From Promethearchaeati archaeon (GTDB lineage Archaea > Asgardarchaeota > Heimdallarchaeia > JABLTI01), in the NCBI GenBank assembly GCA_013166835.1, contig JABLTI010000077.1:1-12390 (forward strand): a stretch of DNA of 12,390 bases, in the 5' to 3' direction. The stretch's first letter is position 1; every line of letters starts with the position of its first letter. This document shows positions 7,741-12,390 of the stretch, piece after piece. Both the position numbers and the translations under genes were made by a program. The notes beneath the pieces are model-generated. The model worked only from the letters and a program-made list of their open reading frames with translations, did not search any database and had not been told where the DNA came from.

Positions 7741-8628
7741 ATGTCAAAATACGAGATTAAGAGCTACCAAGAATCTTTCTTGGAAGCCCAGGAGAAAGTG
7801 GGAACTGAAGCCACAAAAGATTGGCGTGGTTTTGGTCAAACACCTGCTGCTCAATTAAAACAAGCCTACTCTCGAGAAGGATTTGACCCCGAAACAAAAC
7901 TTTACGCTTTCAAGGGAGACGAAATGGTTGCATTTCTAACTTCTTCCATTGTCCCAGAAAGCGAAGACGGTATTAAACGTGCTAATCTAGAATTTGCATT
8001 GTGTTTACCCGGTCACGAAGAGTGCTCTGATTTACTGTTTGAAAAAGCTGTTGAAAATCTAAAGGAAAAGGGTATACAAAGGATTCAGACTCGAGTCGGA
8101 GACATATACAAAGGTACTGTTGAAAAAGCAAAGAAACACGAATTAAATTACTCTCGAGACCTCTACATCTTGATGGCAGCAAAAGTGAAAGACCTCTCAG
8201 CAGAAGAAAGCGAGATTGAGGTTTTGGAATTTGATGAATCCCGAGATTTAGAACAGATGCTGAAGATTTTCGTAGACGAACTAGGTGCTTCAGAAGAATA
8301 TGCAAAAGCAAACTTTGAAAGAATAGCTAAGGATAAAGAAACTTTTGCAATTCACATGGTTATCCGTGAAGATGATAAAATAGTAGGACGAGTTTTAGCT
8401 TATCGTAGCCAAAATGATCCAAAAGAATTCAATTTTGGGAATCTATACTATGTAGATGATAAGTACTTTTCACCTCTTCTTTCAACTGCTATAAGTAAGA
8501 TTAAAGAATTAGGTGCTGAAAAGACAAGTCTTTTCCTATATGGTGACACACTCCCACTAGAAGAGAAATACAAATCATTTGGTTTCTCACAATCAGGTAA
8601 AATTGATTTTTATGAAAAAGAGATCTGA
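7741..8628 (+). CDS. Tandem GNAT-fold protein (putative N-acetyltransferase)
   Basis: Two repeats of the GNAT secondary-structure pattern: AFKGDEMVAFL...LLFEKAVENLKEKGIQRI and IREDDKIVGRV...LLSTAISKIKELGAEK...YKSFGF. Confidence 0.7.
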   Translation: MSKYEIKSYQESFLEAQEKVGTEATKDWRGFGQTPAAQLKQAYSREGFDPETKLYAFKGDEMVAFLTSSIVPESEDGIKRANLEFALCLPGHEECSDLLFEKAVENLKEKGIQRIQTRVGDIYKGTVEKAKKHELNYSRDLYILMAAKVKDLSAEESEIEVLEFDESRDLEQMLKIFVDELGASEEYAKANFERIAKDKETFAIHMVIREDDKIVGRVLAYRSQNDPKEFNFGNLYYVDDKYFSPLLSTAISKIKELGAEKTSLFLYGDTLPLEEKYKSFGFSQSGKIDFYEKEI

Positions 8629-8662
8629 ACACTAGATCTCAATTTTTTTCTTTTTATTTTAT
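8620..8662 (+). terminator. Hairpin plus T-tract at end of GNAT gene
   Basis: GAGATCT (8620-8626)/AGATCTC (8634-8640) 7-bp stem followed by AATTTTTTTCTTTTTATTTT. Confidence 0.5.
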
Positions 8663-8694
8663 TTATAGAAAGCATTTCGAATTTTTGTTAGGTG

Positions 8695-8733
8695 AAAAAA
8701 CGAGTGAGGGGAAAGCTCGTAAAACCCCTCACT
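8695..8733 (-). terminator. GC-rich hairpin with T-tract (possibly bidirectional)
   Basis: Perfect 9-bp stem AGTGAGGGG (8703-8711)/CCCCTCACT (8725-8733). T6 follows on the minus strand (8700-8695) and a short T run on the plus strand. Confidence 0.6.
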
Positions 8734-8808
8734 TTTGGTGTGAATTTAATATGAGTTAACAACCCAAAAGACTATCCGACTTAACTGTACGTTTGTTACA
8801 TGGTACAT
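8695..8808 (-). ncRNA. Candidate small structured RNA (or 20-aa small ORF transcript)
   Basis: TATA-like TTTAATAT upstream (8834-8827), several short perfect helices including two crossing ones, and a terminal terminator hairpin. No family recognised. Confidence 0.3.
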
Positions 8809-8989
8809 AATACTATATTGACGAAGATATTAAAGCAATATAGAAAACAAAAACAAGGTGTCTAGTGTTAGAGTCCAAGTTATGTAGTAAATTTACCCGC
8901 AAATTTTTGTCGGAGTTTCTGGGCGAAATGCTTTTGGGTGTAGAGGAATTTTATACTATAGTTCGAAAAAAATTATAGGTGAACATTTT

Positions 8990-9574
8990 TTGGCAAATCG
9001 AACATTTCATGTGTCCATTGGCATGCTCCTCGCAGCAATCTATATACCAATTGATATCATTGTCATAAATGATAACTTGAATGCTACTTATCTGTGGCAA
9101 ACTTGGATGATTTGGATCATTGCTTTCTTGTTAGCTATCATTGGTTCTGAAGGACCCGATTTTGATGTGCTCTACAGTTTTATGAGTCACAGGGATATTG
9201 TTTCTCATTCAGCAATTTATCCAGGAATACTTTTCGCTGTTGGTTTTTGGTGGAAATTTACAATCAATCATGCTTTAGTTAGTGCCTTTATTCCATTTAT
9301 GATTGCATATAGTTCACATCTATTCTTAGATTACTTCCCAAATATAGATATGCGAAAGCTTAGAGATGGACAACTTCGAATCAAAGAAAAGAAGGGAACA
9401 TTCTTGATGCATGTGCCTTTCATCTACAAAAACAGAGAAGGAAAAATCCGTAGAACTTTGGATGTAAAAGGAACAGAAAGGTGGTTATTAACTAACTCCT
9501 TTTTATGTTTCGCAATGGCTATGTTGCTTGCTTTTGCTCGTTACTATACGAATTTACCGGCCATGGTTTTCTAA
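8990..9574 (+). CDS. Membrane-bound metal-dependent hydrolase (YdjM/DUF457-like)
   Basis: N-terminal TFH, then PDFD, HRDIVSHS and SHLFLD motifs interleaved with transmembrane helices. AGGTGA RBS precedes the TTG start. Confidence 0.82.
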   Translation: MANRTFHVSIGMLLAAIYIPIDIIVINDNLNATYLWQTWMIWIIAFLLAIIGSEGPDFDVLYSFMSHRDIVSHSAIYPGILFAVGFWWKFTINHALVSAFIPFMIAYSSHLFLDYFPNIDMRKLRDGQLRIKEKKGTFLMHVPFIYKNREGKIRRTLDVKGTERWLLTNSFLCFAMAMLLAFARYYTNLPAMVF

Positions 9575-9598
9575 TATTTTTTTTTCTTCCTTTTTTTT
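9575..9598 (+). terminator. Oligo-T tract between convergent genes
   Basis: The 24-nt spacer is almost entirely T/C on the plus strand. Confidence 0.45.
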
Positions 9599-10285
9599 CT
9601 AAAAATTGGTAAATTCAGCCTTAGCTGTTGCTTTCCCTTGTTCATCCAACATAATCTCTATTATAGCTGCATTGCCATGCGCTCCAGCTCCAGGATTAAT
9701 GCAAAGAGTTTCGCTAATCATACTGATAGACTTTGATTCGTGAATATGCCCACAAAGAACTGCGATTGGTTTTTCTCGTTCAATAAAGTCCCTCACACAG
9801 AAACTTCCAACATGAGTGCCTCTTCTTATCTTGTCTGCTTCTGAGTCTAAGGGAGGAGTATGAGAAATCAGAATTAGTGGGTCATCATTTGGTCGTTCCT
9901 CCAAGGCTTTTCCTAATAATAAACTCAACATCTCTTCAGGCAGCTCATTTGGAGTGCCAAAAGGAGTTGGATTAGATGCTCCAAGACCAATGAAATTAAA
10001 ACCTTGGAAATTTCGTATTCTCGCATGCAGTGGTTTCACATTTGAAAACTCGATATCATCTGAATCCTCGGAGTCCATATTACCTGGAACATAGAAAATT
10101 GGTTTGTTTAATTTATCTAATTCTTCTAAAATCTTTCTTACTTTTTTCGGACTACCGAAATTTGTTAAATCTCCAGATACCGCAATTAAATCTATTTTTT
10201 CTTCTTCAACAATCCTAGTAAGACTGTCAATTGCTAGTCTTCCTCTTGAATGTAAATCTGCTAAACCAAGTATTTTTAGGACCAT
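9599..10285 (-). CDS. Calcineurin-like metallophosphoesterase (Icc-related)
   Basis: Motifs ADLH, SGDLT, VPGNMD, ISHTPP, LCGHIHE and INPG. Confidence 0.92.
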   Translation of the reverse strand: MVLKILGLADLHSRGRLAIDSLTRIVEEEKIDLIAVSGDLTNFGSPKKVRKILEELDKLNKPIFYVPGNMDSEDSDDIEFSNVKPLHARIRNFQGFNFIGLGASNPTPFGTPNELPEEMLSLLLGKALEERPNDDPLILISHTPPLDSEADKIRRGTHVGSFCVRDFIEREKPIAVLCGHIHESKSISMISETLCINPGAGAHGNAAIIEIMLDEQGKATAKAEFTNF

Positions 10286-10385
10286 TTAAATCTACCATTT
10301 GTTTCTTTGTGCTTTCTTTTTATTGTTTTATTGTAACAACAAAAAATATAATATTTCCTTATAAAAAGGAGAAAAAAATGATTAT

Positions 10386-10892
10386 CTACTCTTTTGGGGT
10401 TATTTCATTCATATAGAAGAGATAATCAGTTCCTACTACTTCCTTCTCTAGTTTCTTCAGAGCAATGATTATTTGACCTCGATGGTAAGTTGAATGAGTT
10501 ATGTATTGTAACAAGAAATCAAATTTGCTGATTTTGAAGCTTTTTCCTAAGACCGGTGGAACCAGTATTTCCCCTGAAACATCACTTTGTAATAATTGAG
10601 AATATTTCTGATCAGTTTGTTTCCATGCTTGAAGAATTTCTTGTTGCGGTTGTTGTTGTAGTACTTTATATCTTGCATTAAATATTGCTGGGTCAACATC
10701 ATCTACTAATGCCAAGCAAAATTCACAAGCACCCATTGAATGTAAACACAAATCACGAATGGTTTTGTGACTGAAATAATCTCCAAGTTCTTTTGTAAAC
10801 TCCTCTTTCGAGAGCTCTTCTATTATTGCCCTAATTTTATCTCCCGCCCACAGATGATAATTTGCATAATTGTTTATATCCATAACAATCAC
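10386..10892 (-). CDS. DinB family protein
   Basis: YANYHLWAG N-terminus, TIRDLCLH and THSTYHRGQI, giving an intact His triad. GTG start overlaps the upstream stop (GTGA); ATG 10883 is an alternative start. Confidence 0.88.
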   Translation of the reverse strand: MIVMDINNYANYHLWAGDKIRAIIEELSKEEFTKELGDYFSHKTIRDLCLHSMGACEFCLALVDDVDPAIFNARYKVLQQQPQQEILQAWKQTDQKYSQLLQSDVSGEILVPPVLGKSFKISKFDFLLQYITHSTYHRGQIIIALKKLEKEVVGTDYLFYMNEITPKE

Positions 10893-11794
10893 TTCTTTTT
10901 TTGTTTCTTCAAAAAATTATACCAACCCTCAATACTTACTGCCAACCAATTTGCTTCAGGTCTACAAGCAAAATACCAATCAGGTTGATTAGAAGCAAAA
11001 TAATCTGGCAGTTCCGGATGTTTGAGGACGTTTTTCAAAGAAGCATTTTGCTTTATTTGTTCTTTTAAAAAGGCTATCAATTTGTCATAATATGATTGAA
11101 TATTGGTGATGTACTCTTTTGTAACTGGTTTTCCGTGACCCGGTACCACATGTTCAATATCCATTTCTTCCCAAGAATGAAGTAGATCCATTGTCTTCCA
11201 ATTCGAGGTGAGTAATTGTGGATAGCATTCAAGTAGATTATCCCCAGCACACATGGTTTTTTCTTGAGGATAGTAAACGAACGCTGAACCTGCGGTATGA
11301 TTACCTATTACTTTGAATAGAATTTCATGTTCTCCAGAGTTTATTCGAAATTCATCATTAGCACTTATGTTTGGCAAAAATAAATCAGCATTCCTAATAT
11401 CGTTTGCTAGTTCTGAGTCTTCTACAGCATATTGTTCCGCATACTCTAGTAATTCCTCAGAGCTCAAATATCCTTTAAGATCTTTCTTAAGTGAAGCTAA
11501 GCCTTTCTTTGATACGACGATATCAACATCTTTGAAAGCTTTCATTGCTAGAATGTGGTCCCAGTGCGTATGTGTTAGAATTAAGTAGCTTGTTTTTCTT
11601 TGAAATTTCTTTTCCATATCTTTTCTGAATTTCTCAGCGACTTCTAAATAGACTCCACAATCAACAAAAACTAGCTTGTCTGGTAATGCTAAACAAGACA
11701 TTACTATTGTTTGAGCAGCATTATTTATTTTTGATTTTTTACGATTTGTAGCATTAGCAGCTACTACATTTTTAGTGACTTCAAAATACGACAT
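10889..11794 (-). CDS. MBL-fold metallo-hydrolase
   Basis: Motifs VFVDCG, THTHWDH (HxHxDH), GNHTAGS, AGDNL and VVPGHG. Confidence 0.9.
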   Translation of the reverse strand: MSYFEVTKNVVAANATNRKKSKINNAAQTIVMSCLALPDKLVFVDCGVYLEVAEKFRKDMEKKFQRKTSYLILTHTHWDHILAMKAFKDVDIVVSKKGLASLKKDLKGYLSSEELLEYAEQYAVEDSELANDIRNADLFLPNISANDEFRINSGEHEILFKVIGNHTAGSAFVYYPQEKTMCAGDNLLECYPQLLTSNWKTMDLLHSWEEMDIEHVVPGHGKPVTKEYITNIQSYYDKLIAFLKEQIKQNASLKNVLKHPELPDYFASNQPDWYFACRPEANWLAVSIEGWYNFLKKQKKK

Positions 11795-11835
11795 AATTGG
11801 ATTACTGATTTTGAATTAATAAGAGATTACCTTAC

Positions 11836-12390
11836 TTAGGATTTTTTTAGTTCCTTATACCGATAACAATCAATAGTATGATCATTAACCATGCCGACAG
11901 CTTGCATAAAAGCATAAATAATGGTTGGTCCCACAAATCTGAAACCTCTTTTTTTCAAATCCCTACTGATTTTCTCAGAAAGTTCAGTTTTCGCTGGGAG
12001 TTCCCTCAAGCTTTTCCATTTATTTTGAATTGGTTTGTTATCAACAAAACTCCAAATGAATTTGCTGAATGTACCGAATTCCTTTCGCACTTCAATAAAT
12101 GCTTGTGCATTTGTAACTGCAGAACGGACCTTCAATTTGTTTTTAATAATACCAGAGTTTTGTAATAATTCAGCAATTTTTTCTTCATTGTATTTTGCTA
12201 TTTTCTCATAGTCAAAATTATCAAATGCTTCTCGATAATTCTCTCTTCTTTGAAGAATTGTTATCCAACTTAAACCTGCTTGAGCCCCTTCCAAGATTAG
12301 GAATTCAAAGAGTATTTTGTCATCATAGACTGGAACACCCCATTCCTTATCATGATAATCGATTGAGATTTGATAGTTTAATCCCCATTC
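11836..12390 (-). CDS. tag: DNA-3-methyladenine glycosylase I (5' truncated by window edge)
   Basis: Frame is open to base 12390: EWGLNYQISIDYHDKEWGVPVYDDKILFEFLILEGAQAGLSWITIL..., then KKRGFRFVGPTIIYAFMQAVGMVNDHTIDC. These are classic Tag motifs; the track's start at 12294 is internal. Confidence 0.96.
   Translation of the reverse strand, partial: EWGLNYQISIDYHDKEWGVPVYDDKILFEFLILEGAQAGLSWITILQRRENYREAFDNFDYEKIAKYNEEKIAELLQNSGIIKNKLKVRSAVTNAQAFIEVRKEFGTFSKFIWSFVDNKPIQNKWKSLRELPAKTELSEKISRDLKKRGFRFVGPTIIYAFMQAVGMVNDHTIDCYRYKELKKS

Noticed and set aside
7982-8311. Minus-strand 109-aa ORF
   Set aside because: Fully antisense to the GNAT-fold gene, with atypical composition.
8704-8720. GAGGGGAAAGCTCG resembling the RNase P RNA GAGGAAAGUCC motif
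   Set aside because: The match is imperfect, the complementary 3' conserved element is not seen, and the bases are explained by a simple hairpin.
8669-8934. MITE defined by the 11-bp inverted repeat
   Set aside because: No target-site duplication at the flanks and no second copy or transposase in the window. Kept only as an unexplained repeat finding.
10030-12165. Plus-strand ORFs 10030-10218, 10104-10289, 10231-10416, 10767-10988, 11313-11588 and 11878-12165
   Set aside because: Shadow or low-complexity ORFs opposite motif-bearing minus-strand genes.
1-12390. CRISPR array, tRNA, rRNA, integrase or transposase, known defence system
   Set aside because: No regularly spaced repeats, cloverleaf or T-loop signatures, or relevant protein motifs were seen by eye.

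Overview
Gene-dense, AT-rich prokaryotic window with about 14 protein genes. Encoded products: zinc-ribbon membrane protein (5' truncated), small hypothetical, L-lysine 6-transaminase, DUF2769-like Cys-rich protein, small zinc-ribbon protein, AmmeMemoRadiSam radical SAM enzyme, four-PAS protein with no output domain, amidohydrolase, tandem GNAT-fold protein, membrane metal-dependent hydrolase, and a minus-strand run of Tag glycosylase (5' truncated), MBL hydrolase, DinB and metallophosphoesterase. GGTGA/GAGG ribosome-binding motifs, TTG starts, TATA-like boxes, T-rich gene ends and the gene repertoire point to an archaeon, plausibly Asgard/Heimdallarchaeia; this is inference, not a search result. 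I see no CRISPR array, tRNA, rRNA or transposase, and no clear-cut novel multi-gene system. The strongest unexplained signals are (i) a compact structured minus-strand unit at about 8695-8843 with a possible pseudoknot, terminator, 20-codon ORF and an inverted repeat around its TATA box, (ii) a decayed LVIVD-repeat-like pseudogene at about 6228-6634 missed by the ORF track, and (iii) the PAS-only protein that stops at its last DIT motif.
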